Assembly (NCBI GenBank): GCA_965644315.1
Contig: CBFFRQ010000069.1
Span: 930,001 to 994,000 of the forward strand
Reading direction: 5' to 3'
Source: Caecitellus pseudoparvulus
Taxonomy: Eukaryota; Protista; Bigyra: Bicosoecida
Length of the DNA: 64,000 nt
Under the pieces are notes generated by a model. That model was not told where the DNA came from. It saw only the letters and a list, made by a program, of their open reading frames with translations, and did not search any database. This document shows, one piece after another, positions 49,701 through 58,747 of this stretch. A program made the translations under genes and the position numbers. Positions within the stretch are counted from its first letter, which is position 1. Every line of letters starts with the position of its first letter.

Positions 49701-52700
49701 GAGCACGAAGCGAGTCAAGATGCCCGGGCCAGCTTTGTGCGTGCCGACGTCTACCCCCGCCAATTTGTACCTCCGAAAGGCATGCCGCTCACAGATGTGA
49801 AAGACGTTGACCTGCGACCAGTGCGCTGGACCCAGCCGAGCACCGACTCCAGGTTCTTGGCCAGAAGAGTGTTTGGTGACGCATGTCCAACTGATGGCGT
49901 TGTCTCAGCGTCGACTGGGGCGTCTGCCGTACGAGCTGCTTTGGCCACGCAGTTGGGTATCGACGTCCAGGCGGCCAGAGAAAGACGAGCTGAACTGGAA
50001 TCGCGTGAATCATACGCCAGGCACGTTGCCGACTCAATCAAGGCTTGCGGTAGTGTGAGGAGCCGACCTGGATCAAGCTCCTTACTTCGGGACGGCACTC
50101 GCCCAGCCAGTGCTGGATCAAAGCAAATTTTGCCGCAGCTGAAGAACCCCTACAGGCTTCCAAAGGGGCTCGTTCGAACCGTTCTTTCCAATCCCATGCG
50201 AGAGTACTGGGAGAATCCTCGGGCACAGCTTCCACAGAGCGCTGTGCACGAGTGGCTGACAAAGGCTGGAGTCGTTACTGAGCATGGAAGCGCACAGGGT
50301 GGTGGGAACGTTTTCGGAAGTCAGAGCAGCATTCTAGTGCAACTAGGGAATGCGAACGACCCAGTGGAAGCCATGCAAGGCATTGTGGGCCCCCGTGCAT
50401 TCATCACAGCAGCAAAGCGAAGGATCGTCGACGAGCTGCGTGCTTGGCAGGACCGGCGGGAGCAGGCGAAGCTCAGGCAGCTCCAAGCACAGCGCGGGAC
50501 AGAACTGAGGATCCGGCAAGGACTTGCTCGCCGCATACAGCTAGCCTATCGGCAGCACCTTTTTGATGTGGTCGTCAGGCGCGAAGTGTCACGGGCCCAA
50601 CAACGCGAAGCAGATGCCCAAGCCGCGGCGGACTACGAGCGAGGGCTGACCCAGGGAGAGTTTGCGCAGGGGGGCACAGCGTGGCAGCACCGCTGTGCCG
50701 CACTGATCCAAAGCATAGTGCGTATGCACTCCGCTATGGTGTACGCTTGCCGGCTGCGAAGGGCCAGAGCAGCGGAGGATGTTGTCAAAGCAGTTCATGT
50801 TCTTGCAGGTCATGCCACAACAATGGAGCACAGCGGCCACGACTACTCTGGCGCGGCAGATGCCATCCTGGAGTTGCGGGGTGCGTGTCTTCACGAGGCA
50901 AGAATGTCTGAGGTGTTGTGCCGGGTCAGTTCCTTTGCCCGGCGCTCCACCCACCTCGTGCAGCAGCGTGACGAGCGTTCGAGCGCTATGTACGTCGTGG
51001 ACGAAGTGGAGCATTTGATGACTGCTATGCGGGAGGGATCAGAGCAGGAGGTGGCAGGGTTGCTCCGCCAGCTTGTCGCTACCTTCCATCCTGCTGGGTG
51101 CGACATCGGCACAGCTATTCCCCACAATTTGCGGGAGGCAAGCGGGGTGCTGTTGCAGGGCTTTGGACTTGGGAATCGATATGGTGGTGAGGGGCAGCTT
51201 GCTGGACCTCATGTTAACCAAGCCGACCTTGTCCACAGCTTGCACTTTAGCGCTGCTTGGAAGCGCGCAAAGCGGGCACTGGGCGGCTTGTCAACTCTTC
51301 AGCGCTTGGAGCTTGACTGTGCGGTGGCGGTCGAGCGTGGAACACTGGACATAGAGCACCTCACAGCGATTCAAGGCGACCTTGAAGCGGCACTGCGCGT
51401 GGCTGGCTGGATTCCGTTTCACAACCTTGAGGCACTGCAAGCTGCAGCCTTGGTCACTGCTGGCCCGGCCCCGCCAACACCAGTAGGGCAGGCATTAAGG
51501 AGAGCCTTCGACTTTAAGAGTCAGAGCGGCCGAAGATTCAGCAAGCGCCTTGCACACCACACGGTTGAACAACTCCCGGTTGAGGATGGAGCGACCGGCA
51601 CAGCTTCAACGCGCTTCTTGCCAGGCTCGGCAAAGAAGCTGGCCAGGTCCTGCACCATTCAGGCAACAAGGGCTGATGCACGCGCCATTCGCCAGCTACT
51701 CCTGGGTGAAGGTGCGCTCTCAAGTGGTGATGCTGCACACTATGAAGGCACCTCAGTGGGCTCTGCTGATTGGCTGGAATCGGAAGCACAGGCTGATGTC
51801 GGCCGATGCGTCGCGATTGCCTACCGAGTGTCTGATGGAGACGAACGCCCAGAGGCCGGCTCAGAAGTCAAGTCATGGGAACCATGGCAACTGGCTGGAC
51901 TTGTGGTACTGGAAGAAGCTGGCCCACGTGTCAGTCTTTGTGAGGAACAGCGGCAGATAGCGTCGATCCTGCCAGGGGACATTGACAACGTCGAGCGGCT
52001 CGGCATCCTGGCGAAACGAGAGGTCAGAGAAGGACCAGAGGACAGCAAGCTGCTTACATCAGCTGTACTGCATGACCGTCGTGTCCAATCGACAGCGGCA
52101 TCTGCACGGCCGCAGCAGCCAAGCCTCGCCGTGGCAGCAAGCGAATCAGGCCACGGCCCACCACCCCCCAGCAACCCGAACGAGGAGCTCGTTCAGCAAG
52201 CTAGAAATCTGGACATGACCAAGGTCCTGGAATCTTCCTCTAGAGACTCTGGCCTGACCACGATTCTCGAAGCCCACTGCTTGCTGTCCTCAGAGCAGAT
52301 GGTGCTTGCCAGGCAAGCGCGCTGTGACCGGGAGTTTGCGCATCAGTTGAGCGTGTACGCACACAGGGCCCTGGAGAGCCGGCAGCGTATGCGACAGTTC
52401 ATTGAAGAGGTGCTCCCAATGTCAATTGAAGACAGTAAGTGCAGGTGCCATGCATCCGCACGCCAAGCACACGCTTGGCTTGCCCGGTGGAGGCGCAGCT
52501 ATGAACGGCTCAAGGCAGCGGCAGCGGCTACTCCCAAAATCAGCGATGTGTTTGCGAGATTGGATTACGAAAGACAGCAGCTTCGGGTACAACTCATGAC
52601 CTCTCGGATGAATTCCGAAACGGCACATGCGCACTTTGCCAAAGACATCCTTCGGTCGTTCAAGGAGGTGCACTCGTGGGGAAGGCAGATCCTGGCAGCG

Positions 52701-55700
52701 TTGGAGCAGCGCTCAGAGAACGACGACAAGCTCATCCGCCGCTTGCAGCATCAGATTCCTGAATGCGAGAAGATCCTTACGTTTGTGCGGTTGAGACTCG
52801 CCGCCCTCCGTTCGCAGTGGGCAAAGCAGAGACAGTCTACAGGAGCGAGCAGGGCTGCGCCGCTTCGCTCTGCGAAAGCAGCGACCGCCATGGCCAAAGC
52901 TCAGGAACAGATCGAAGAAGTGGAGGCCCTACTGCTGGACGCTGAAGATAGCGAGGACAGCGATTATGGCGCCTTGGCACAAAGCGGCACGGAGGCGTCC
53001 GAGTCAGAGCCCGCTCTACGGCACACGGAACGCATTCTTCAAGTGGAGCGCATCGACGATGATTGGGAACGTGTTCAAATCAGGCAAGAGGTTGAAGTGC
53101 TCGTGCCTATGGAGTTCAAATGGCAAGAGGACCCCAAGTGGACTGTGCACCGCACCAAGGAGGGGCAAACGTACTACTTCAATACCGAAACCCAGACCTC
53201 TCAGTGGGAGGAGCCAACATGGCCGAAGGGTGAAGAGCCCCCTCCAATCAAGCAAAAGGCCGAGAAGATAACTTGGGAGAAGCGTAGAATTCGTGGGGGT
53301 CGAGCTGAGCTGCGTGAGGTGTCTGATGCCAAAAAGCTGCGCGAGGCACGCCTTCGAGGGCGCATGAAGCTGTCAGGGTTCCTACTTGAGGGGGGCGACG
53401 TGCAAGACCTCCAAACCGCCTCTCTCGATCCTGCCGAGTGCCGACGGGAAATCTCTTGGCTGGAGCGAGAGGAGCAGCTGCTCGAAGCTTGCAGTACACG
53501 GCTTCAGATTTTCTTGGCTTCTGCGCTGAGCCAGTTCCACCATCGAAACAAAGTCGAAAGCAAGATGGTCTCCGAAGTGGAGCAGCTCCAGGAGCAGCTG
53601 CGGCTCGCTGCTGGGGAGCACCGGCGTTCAGAGGTTGAGGTGGCTCAGGTTCGGGCAGAGGTGGCAGCCAATGAGTTCTTCAAGGCAAACGAAGCAGTTG
53701 TAAAGGAAACAGAGGCGCTCAAGCAGCTGGCACGACGTCCACCTCCAGTGCCCACCCGTCCACGCATCGAACTTGCTGTTCAAGGTGCAAGGGCCATGCA
53801 GCGAAGCGGCCTTGTGAAGTGGAACTCGGCACGCTTCGCGCGAGAACAGGCGCAGCTCGTCCGCACGGGCCAGAACAGGCGCCAAGGGAAGGCCATCAAA
53901 GACGTCGCGCTTGAAAACCGAACTCGGTACATGGAATCTGTGCTACAAACAACGGAAGTCGTGGCGCGTTCTTTGGCGCGGTCCAAGACCATGCGTGCGG
54001 TGCTCATGCCGAATGGGGAGGAAACTCCTCCGGGAACAGTGCTTGCCGCGAAGCAGCCGCCTCCTCACCCCCCACGTCCAGCAAGAGTGCGAAAACCCAC
54101 CATGGTATTTGATGGCTCCAAAGAAGTGCTCGGGGAAGAGGAGGTGACCGTGTGGAGCCTTCCCCGACCGCGGACCTTCCGCCCTGCCCAAGCCTCACTC
54201 ACAGCGGCAGCATGGCTGTTCTATGCCTGCACTGATGACGGCGAGGACATGGCTAACCCTGGGTTTTGGTACGCTGGTCCCCCCCTTGATGTGGTGTATG
54301 GCGTGTTCGGCGTAAGGATGCAGGTTCCGCCGCATGCAGCGTGTACGCCACTTGCGCCTGCGACACCTCCTATGAGCGATGTGGAGCTGTCCCCGCGCCC
54401 TGCCGCAGCGGACGGCACAACTCTCAGCACGAGAGGTGCTGCAGAGCTAGCACGTGCACGTGAAGCTGCTGCACAAGCGAAGGCTATCAGGCATGCCGCC
54501 GCCAGAAAGCGGCAGGGGCGGATGAGCGCCGCGGCAGTCAAGTCAAGTCGCGGCAAAGGGCGAGTGAGGCGGGGCGGCCACCGACGAATGTTTTCCGACA
54601 TGTTTGGGACACCAGCCATAGCTGATACAGACATCCAAGCAACAGATGCTGCCCCTGGTGCTCTGTGTGCTGGCGGCACACATGTTGGCTCGAAGGTGGA
54701 GGAGCAACAAGCACAGCTCACAGATGCAATGCTTGAGCGGGCCCGTCGTCACGGCCGAGCGTTCTTGCGCAGGCTTAAGCACGCCATGGAAGCGGCTGAA
54801 TCAATGCCTGATGATGCGCTGAGCAAGCTTCGTGAGCGTTTGGGCGCTCGAACAAGCCCGCTGCTGTTGGGTTCAGGTGAGATGAGGGCGAGGGGCATTC
54901 AACCCCCGCGCGGTACCCTTCCGCAGGCGTCCATGATGAGCTTTGGCGTCGAGGATGATGTAGCCGCCGACGACTTTGCTCGCCTGTTCGAAGAGGAGCT
55001 GAAGCAAGACGAGGGGCTGTCAGGAGAGGCTGCACAGAACATGGAGCACTTGGGGCTTGCTGGGCGCCTCATGGAGGAAGCGGCTGGAGTGCTAGACGAG
55101 GCTGAGCACGAAGCGACAGCGCGTTCCACTCCGTTTCCTTGGAAAGAACACCCAGAAGAGTGGGTGGCTTGCCACAGCGCAGGGGGCCTTGCAGCTTGGG
55201 GGGCGACCTTCTTCTTTCATGTCCCCTCCGGAACGTCGTTGTGGAGCCCGCCAACTGTAAGCCAGCGAGCAAACTTGATGCGCAAAGCGTTTAAGGTGCA
55301 GGAGAGCGCACGGAAGGCGAGAGAGCAGGCAGAGAAAGCCAAACAAGAGGCTGAAGCGAGAGCAGCGCAGCAAAAGCGCGAGGCTGAGAGGCAGGCACTC
55401 GAAGAGTTTCGGTGGATTCAAGGACAGCTGTCCAAGCACGTGTCCCAGTTGGAGGCAGCGTGTCCTGACGCAGTCAACGCTCTCCGCAAAATGGACCGTC
55501 ACGAGTTCAAGAAATGGTTGCTGCTTCTCTTGCTTCCGCAAGCAGCTCGCGACGACATCCTGTGTGGGCGCGCCACAGAACTGGCGCCTGCGGCACAGGT
55601 CTTGTCCAGCGACATGCGGGCTGCCATGCGGCTGCACTCTGAGCGCTCAGGGGCTGTGCACAAAGAGGCCCTCGCAAAGGTGGAAGTCCAGGAGATTGTG

Positions 55701-58700
55701 GCTGCTGTGTACAAGGTAGCAGAGGCAGCCTCTGTGGAGTTTGTACAGACCCTGTCTCTGCGTGCCGTGCTTCGGCGAGTGAAAACCCGTGCTGACTTCG
55801 ATCGAATTGCTGAGAAGCTGGCGGACATGCAAGCAGACGTGGACGCCGAAGACACGCCAGATTGGTGGCGAATGATGGGGTTGGTGGACCAACAGGCCCT
55901 GCAGCACCGGGGATTTGGCGGGGCTGCCTACTTTCAGTCTCCGGATGGGGCCTACAAGGCTTCTCTACAACAGCAACTGGATCGAGCAGTTGTGCGCCTG
56001 CTTCAGTGCAAGTCCCAGCGGGCTAGCTTGCACGCAAAGCTCATCAGTGTCTTGGGCAAGCTGCTGGACGCCATGCGCCCTGCAGTACACGTTCGCGTTC
56101 CTGCCGTCGTGGAAGCGCTTCGAGTGCAGTCCACAGCTGCGACCGACACGGTAGCCCGCCGCAGGTTTGAGAGGCAGGCCAGGGAGAGGCGCCGAAAACA
56201 CGAAGAGCAGTTGAGGGAGAAACTCGTGGTGAAAGCAAGGAACCTCTTTGGGGTCCCTGAAGAAGACCCGCGTGGCGAAGAGGAGTTGATCGGCATGCTC
56301 CGACAGCGAGCTCGCACTACCAAGGTTGCCAAGCTTGGTTCTTCAGCTGTGCCGGATGGAGAGGTCGTGTACGACTCAGACGAAGAGGCTTTTCAGGAAT
56401 GGCAGAGTCTGCATGCACCGAAGTTTGCATCAGAGGGGTTCCGCTGCGTGATTGCGCCCGACGGAAGCGCGCTGCGTTTCGCTGGGGATGGGACTGAGTT
56501 TGTGCAAGAGCAGTGGCTTCACAGGTACCGCCAACGTCCGTGGGAAACAGGTGCTCGGTTGTTGGATGGACTTGGGATCGGCAAATCTGGCTCAGCCACG
56601 GAGCACGCGAATGCCCCAACCCTGAAGCAGCTGCGGGAGTACAAGTTGGGCGCCGCCAAATTGCAGGCGGGAGGCCTGCAAGCGCGAAGGGAGCGGGTCT
56701 TGGCTAAGCGCGCCGCGCTCGCTGCGGATGCTGCTGCTGCCGCGAAGAAGCAACAAGAAGCTTGGGAAGAGAAAGTGCGCCGAAGGGTGGAGAGAGAGGT
56801 GGCCAAGAAGAAAGACTTTGCAAAGCGTCATGCTCTGAATAGAGGTGCTCAGGCAAGTACTGATGTGAGGCACATTGACGCGTTGGACTCCTTCGAACAC
56901 TCGCGCACTGACTCGGCGCCACCTCTGGCACTACAACAAACGCGAGGGCGGGTTGCCTTCAGTGGACCACTCGCAGCTTTGAAGCACATGTGGGGCAAGC
57001 TGAAGGGCTCAACGACAGGCGTCTCGTTCCCGGCCGCGTTGCAAAGACGGAGTAAGAGCACGCTCAGTGTTGACTCAAAAACAGGGCTATCACTTCAACG
57101 TGCGACTGTTCGCGAAAGCAGCAAAATTGACCTCAGGCGTCGAGAGGTAGGTGGCAAACTCCGGGGGGTCGCAAGCATCCAGATTGTGTGCGGCAGGTTC
57201 GCCAACGCTGACATGGCCAGGAAGCAAGCGAGGAAAATGGCGGCGCTTGGCACAAAGCAAAGCAGAGAAGCCAGCAGCGGCGTCTTCTTGCAGCTGGCGC
57301 CCAATCTTGGGGATGAACAGGTGCCAGTGCACCTTTGGTATTCCAAGACAGAGGAAATGAGTGACATGATGGGCCACCTCGTGCTGGGCCCGTACGCATT
57401 CGACAACGATCTGGCAGACGACCTTCGCCATAGTGGTTACAAGTACTGCACCCACGCTCGGGCGCTGCCTGGCGTAGGGTTGTGGTACCTTGCCGGAACC
57501 GGGGCCCCAATTACATCCCTCACGGTAACGATCGGAGATGCTACCAAAGAAGTGGAGTTAAAAGCTCGGAAGTTTCAGCAAGTCACAGGGACATGGGGGG
57601 AAGGAAGTTTGGTTGCGCCCAACGTCAAGCTGTGGTACAAGACTGAAATGGTGCTGCAGAGCGACGCCTTCGCACGAGACCTGCACAAGGCTCTGAGCAC
57701 TGAAATATTCTGGCTTCGGAATGTGCTTGCTGAGCTGAATGCCCGGGCAGAAGCCTTGCTCGCAAAAGGGGACATCATCCCCCCTGCCTTCCAGGAGTGC
57801 CTTAGGTATGTGGAGCTGGAGCTTGCCCGGAAAGAGGGCAGCCAAGCACCCCTCGAGGATGGGGCGGCCGCTGTATCGGTACGTGACACCATGCACTTCA
57901 ACTCAGCAGCCATGACGGCTCTGAGGGACTCCTTCGAAAGGATAGGCCTGAATCGCTCGGGGTGCACTGATGTGCCAACCTTGTTGCGCTTCGTGTCTGT
58001 GGCCCCGGCCCCGCTATGGGACATGCTGCTGCACTCTCTTGACAGGGACTTTGATGGCCGCATGACTTTCGGCGCATTTATGCGCACCATCGTCACGCTG
58101 TGCATGATGGACGCTGAGGAGCTGTCAGCTTTCCTCTTCTCCATCGTGTCCATGAACCTTGCAGCCGCCGTGCCAGCCTTTCGTGAGGCACTCACCACCA
58201 CCGGCAGCCCAAAGTCTCAGCACTGGTGGCAAGGGAAGCTTCCCTGGGAGGGTCCTGGTGCGCAAGGGACAGTGACCATGGTTCCTGTTCTGGCCTTCGA
58301 GCAGCTCGTGAAAGCCATGCACCCTTCCAGCAACAACGTGACCAGCCACGTCATGTCAGCGATCGATGAGGCACACTTTCTGAGCGTGGGTGACAAAGTT
58401 TCCTTCATGCACTTTTCAGCGCTCTTTCGTCGCCACCAAGCACTCTTCCTGCCTGTCTTCGACTTCCAGCAGGCTCTGCGAGATGCCTTCCCCAACGAAG
58501 CGTTCTACAAAGCGCAGGTGCCGGAGTTCACGTTGGACAGACAGGCGTGGCGTGCTTCACTCAACCGCCGCATTGACGAGGAGTTTGACCGGAGGAGGCA
58601 GTGGATGAAGCAGGTCTCGGGGGTGATCAGCACGTCGGAAAAGGTGCTGGCAGGCAAGCCTTCACACTCCCAGCTCCCCACTGCGCCAGGGGATGCCTTG

Positions 58701-58724
58701 GCCGCACGCACTGGCGCTGGATGA
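43716..58724 (+). CDS. Giant (about 5,000 aa) uninterrupted ORF: cysteine-containing LRRs, IQ-like motifs, two WW domains, MABP-like repeats, C-terminal EF hands
   Basis: 15-kb stop-free frame. LxxLDLxxCxxVTD repeats at about 45400-47800; WW motifs WTVHRTKEGQTYYFNTETQTSQWEEP and W..H...FFFHVPSGTSLWSPP; EF loop LDRDFDGRMTFGAF. First ATG at 43716. Confidence 0.85.
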   Translation: MLPGTQVHTSSIMTTERLRTASRGLPKEDEHSAWPSPTRLKPGSARRSARPEVESKELAPQSEARSGASAALVAEVEPLKRGRRRQAKAGPAPRLLEIEKRYVLDDARLRASIATAKTPTEAQLGGRFFGSEELLRRNLPRHVLLKAKNPLRHTPQTARQRLRRREEGRKLLALESKKDSALIKPAPLGRPPSHQGFGTVEPAAPHTSAPAVQQSTEESQPEVGMKTGRTMRGDAGAVIPFSHQRRLREHQLRLGDLADFVLDRGGGHEEGLRGVSSRGSFTQQGSSSASRALKGASSKRRWAPKMGMGPSPAFGSTYSSVFFLPPPLPLAPVPQDVEPPFVAFPHVLLHRWYQQRDINPNPVLGVQLIPQYRPDGTEKMPLFRTESRLISRSAPLKHLILSAVPMSTSVQLLKEQAHQGAPLQGLHSWDDTLLAESSGSIPHAEDELQTRDMRWTMEAVLKAWRAEELASATCEDRGACIVPDGCGETWGPKSTFEQYSGAADIDVSRIIRAKSGVTRVLLPQSGVPIGWNAISADLRGWAVSRASFTRLVDQGSHLVRLVLGPWQARCLGKRELFQAFSLLHSLKHVALPACTAFDDEVAAFVAASPCAPHLLSLDLSHSTSFSNDGLGLLCSGCRQLEALSLVGCTQLLDSGMLAISSDLRLLHALDVSWCEGISHLGLVSVLARCPVQHLAARGLGRGFVSPQRAMDLAAHRAKPGAEGTPGAGERDPQFDPRGVPSDWRAVVPDSVHVNITEPASASILADQGGAGLATASASSLGDSAVLPACEVPASSWQHLSKVQVDVGQGMGGGEWLRQDLMGALVEVQVTSLKQVDLTAAVGVEDATVISLVRNAPNLTHFRAGHCTRLTAASTTALALFSEHLLELHLPYCTGVASPLVDRDIAFLLATRAGLLKHASQPPSDEADEGLCRGVTDQVRASERARARYSVRHASERVRDTDAFDKLAALPADHEQILQPRWQSLRSLDLGGCAGVLQEDVQQLLEGCPDISTLRLSAVHDIGADLFEKLKVGTFRLTSISLRCIPSIDSVAVQTLAEACPDLRKLDLTACTAVTDAGVAALAVHCPLLHEIRLGKCSASLSCGAVLALAKGCRQLRVLEAGHASGPAGRGSSRGAPLRGLDETELLVDYTFDGDMLLFLVSLAICCPYLVELDLAHRMLPRSSAGPGGGAGLAASMSTARSLLPRDSLPDVASAGNLGAGATAQSSRGMRWSRVLSGAEPIGDIVDPSGKEQHLRDPGAGPSLRFRARTSLGSEAGVGRDSQGSSSPLDLSVSSSSRGPVSSELLFPQLSRLNLRNSGYLSDSALTLVLGAAPNLLHLDVTGCEGVTAACVSHVAAQRRCVSFVMNIPSSASGELRQGPLPSLRQMGSRVASSVTVADERQPPPPVSEGASLPLPRKPTPYSCTAVPGFPGERSGSAGNIALAQSTVSMEGARFQPTGREADPGGRVFQQPFLGFCPVQGASFALETEAVTRRLGLEHTSANRIRMLVLHGIRKQKQLLFTLTWRLRVKRLAQIQYSARRVARFIRTVAAWKCAQRLAASTHLCMWWRRMRLILACQRRVMAAIEARRVAQTKRLAASMLISTVDSILTRLAFNWLRMRALVGRWEDERRENQVRGLVPRYDQDGRPRVQFALPAAGPEVLGATAAKAASLFAKHRVGSAEVLSASQQRAAEEAASDAAEAASDARWLNDEGSAPRPGLDLATSAAVAERLLARQQRAEERELVQAATAQLEQRDLARAAAGSQVDLQASSPSRSAVLGAIVPSARLEKATSEARFHRLAVASRRLRKSDASLLIQGADGMFRMARDSDAGRTDIVRPKRRAVPQATSPSAQRQGLVDRANSSGMHATHHATESPPETGQQDASEPDFGPAEHALPSAEQVGREPFPVTVTSDGAGELSKLATSIASQPATSEGRQGQPQKHPERGGVQSSRPKSVSWRVEDALQAAPEASTDDSKCATTRVHDGGSKEGIPTLEEHEASQDARASFVRADVYPRQFVPPKGMPLTDVKDVDLRPVRWTQPSTDSRFLARRVFGDACPTDGVVSASTGASAVRAALATQLGIDVQAARERRAELESRESYARHVADSIKACGSVRSRPGSSSLLRDGTRPASAGSKQILPQLKNPYRLPKGLVRTVLSNPMREYWENPRAQLPQSAVHEWLTKAGVVTEHGSAQGGGNVFGSQSSILVQLGNANDPVEAMQGIVGPRAFITAAKRRIVDELRAWQDRREQAKLRQLQAQRGTELRIRQGLARRIQLAYRQHLFDVVVRREVSRAQQREADAQAAADYERGLTQGEFAQGGTAWQHRCAALIQSIVRMHSAMVYACRLRRARAAEDVVKAVHVLAGHATTMEHSGHDYSGAADAILELRGACLHEARMSEVLCRVSSFARRSTHLVQQRDERSSAMYVVDEVEHLMTAMREGSEQEVAGLLRQLVATFHPAGCDIGTAIPHNLREASGVLLQGFGLGNRYGGEGQLAGPHVNQADLVHSLHFSAAWKRAKRALGGLSTLQRLELDCAVAVERGTLDIEHLTAIQGDLEAALRVAGWIPFHNLEALQAAALVTAGPAPPTPVGQALRRAFDFKSQSGRRFSKRLAHHTVEQLPVEDGATGTASTRFLPGSAKKLARSCTIQATRADARAIRQLLLGEGALSSGDAAHYEGTSVGSADWLESEAQADVGRCVAIAYRVSDGDERPEAGSEVKSWEPWQLAGLVVLEEAGPRVSLCEEQRQIASILPGDIDNVERLGILAKREVREGPEDSKLLTSAVLHDRRVQSTAASARPQQPSLAVAASESGHGPPPPSNPNEELVQQARNLDMTKVLESSSRDSGLTTILEAHCLLSSEQMVLARQARCDREFAHQLSVYAHRALESRQRMRQFIEEVLPMSIEDSKCRCHASARQAHAWLARWRRSYERLKAAAAATPKISDVFARLDYERQQLRVQLMTSRMNSETAHAHFAKDILRSFKEVHSWGRQILAALEQRSENDDKLIRRLQHQIPECEKILTFVRLRLAALRSQWAKQRQSTGASRAAPLRSAKAATAMAKAQEQIEEVEALLLDAEDSEDSDYGALAQSGTEASESEPALRHTERILQVERIDDDWERVQIRQEVEVLVPMEFKWQEDPKWTVHRTKEGQTYYFNTETQTSQWEEPTWPKGEEPPPIKQKAEKITWEKRRIRGGRAELREVSDAKKLREARLRGRMKLSGFLLEGGDVQDLQTASLDPAECRREISWLEREEQLLEACSTRLQIFLASALSQFHHRNKVESKMVSEVEQLQEQLRLAAGEHRRSEVEVAQVRAEVAANEFFKANEAVVKETEALKQLARRPPPVPTRPRIELAVQGARAMQRSGLVKWNSARFAREQAQLVRTGQNRRQGKAIKDVALENRTRYMESVLQTTEVVARSLARSKTMRAVLMPNGEETPPGTVLAAKQPPPHPPRPARVRKPTMVFDGSKEVLGEEEVTVWSLPRPRTFRPAQASLTAAAWLFYACTDDGEDMANPGFWYAGPPLDVVYGVFGVRMQVPPHAACTPLAPATPPMSDVELSPRPAAADGTTLSTRGAAELARAREAAAQAKAIRHAAARKRQGRMSAAAVKSSRGKGRVRRGGHRRMFSDMFGTPAIADTDIQATDAAPGALCAGGTHVGSKVEEQQAQLTDAMLERARRHGRAFLRRLKHAMEAAESMPDDALSKLRERLGARTSPLLLGSGEMRARGIQPPRGTLPQASMMSFGVEDDVAADDFARLFEEELKQDEGLSGEAAQNMEHLGLAGRLMEEAAGVLDEAEHEATARSTPFPWKEHPEEWVACHSAGGLAAWGATFFFHVPSGTSLWSPPTVSQRANLMRKAFKVQESARKAREQAEKAKQEAEARAAQQKREAERQALEEFRWIQGQLSKHVSQLEAACPDAVNALRKMDRHEFKKWLLLLLLPQAARDDILCGRATELAPAAQVLSSDMRAAMRLHSERSGAVHKEALAKVEVQEIVAAVYKVAEAASVEFVQTLSLRAVLRRVKTRADFDRIAEKLADMQADVDAEDTPDWWRMMGLVDQQALQHRGFGGAAYFQSPDGAYKASLQQQLDRAVVRLLQCKSQRASLHAKLISVLGKLLDAMRPAVHVRVPAVVEALRVQSTAATDTVARRRFERQARERRRKHEEQLREKLVVKARNLFGVPEEDPRGEEELIGMLRQRARTTKVAKLGSSAVPDGEVVYDSDEEAFQEWQSLHAPKFASEGFRCVIAPDGSALRFAGDGTEFVQEQWLHRYRQRPWETGARLLDGLGIGKSGSATEHANAPTLKQLREYKLGAAKLQAGGLQARRERVLAKRAALAADAAAAAKKQQEAWEEKVRRRVEREVAKKKDFAKRHALNRGAQASTDVRHIDALDSFEHSRTDSAPPLALQQTRGRVAFSGPLAALKHMWGKLKGSTTGVSFPAALQRRSKSTLSVDSKTGLSLQRATVRESSKIDLRRREVGGKLRGVASIQIVCGRFANADMARKQARKMAALGTKQSREASSGVFLQLAPNLGDEQVPVHLWYSKTEEMSDMMGHLVLGPYAFDNDLADDLRHSGYKYCTHARALPGVGLWYLAGTGAPITSLTVTIGDATKEVELKARKFQQVTGTWGEGSLVAPNVKLWYKTEMVLQSDAFARDLHKALSTEIFWLRNVLAELNARAEALLAKGDIIPPAFQECLRYVELELARKEGSQAPLEDGAAAVSVRDTMHFNSAAMTALRDSFERIGLNRSGCTDVPTLLRFVSVAPAPLWDMLLHSLDRDFDGRMTFGAFMRTIVTLCMMDAEELSAFLFSIVSMNLAAAVPAFREALTTTGSPKSQHWWQGKLPWEGPGAQGTVTMVPVLAFEQLVKAMHPSSNNVTSHVMSAIDEAHFLSVGDKVSFMHFSALFRRHQALFLPVFDFQQALRDAFPNEAFYKAQVPEFTLDRQAWRASLNRRIDEEFDRRRQWMKQVSGVISTSEKVLAGKPSHSQLPTAPGDALAARTGAG

Positions 58725-58747
58725 CAACAATGCAGAGGCCCACCAGC

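Noticed and set aside
43686-58724. Giant ORF as a transposon or endogenous virus/virophage
   Set aside because: No RT, integrase, polB, capsid or terminal-repeat signatures were seen; the domains are cellular eukaryotic types.
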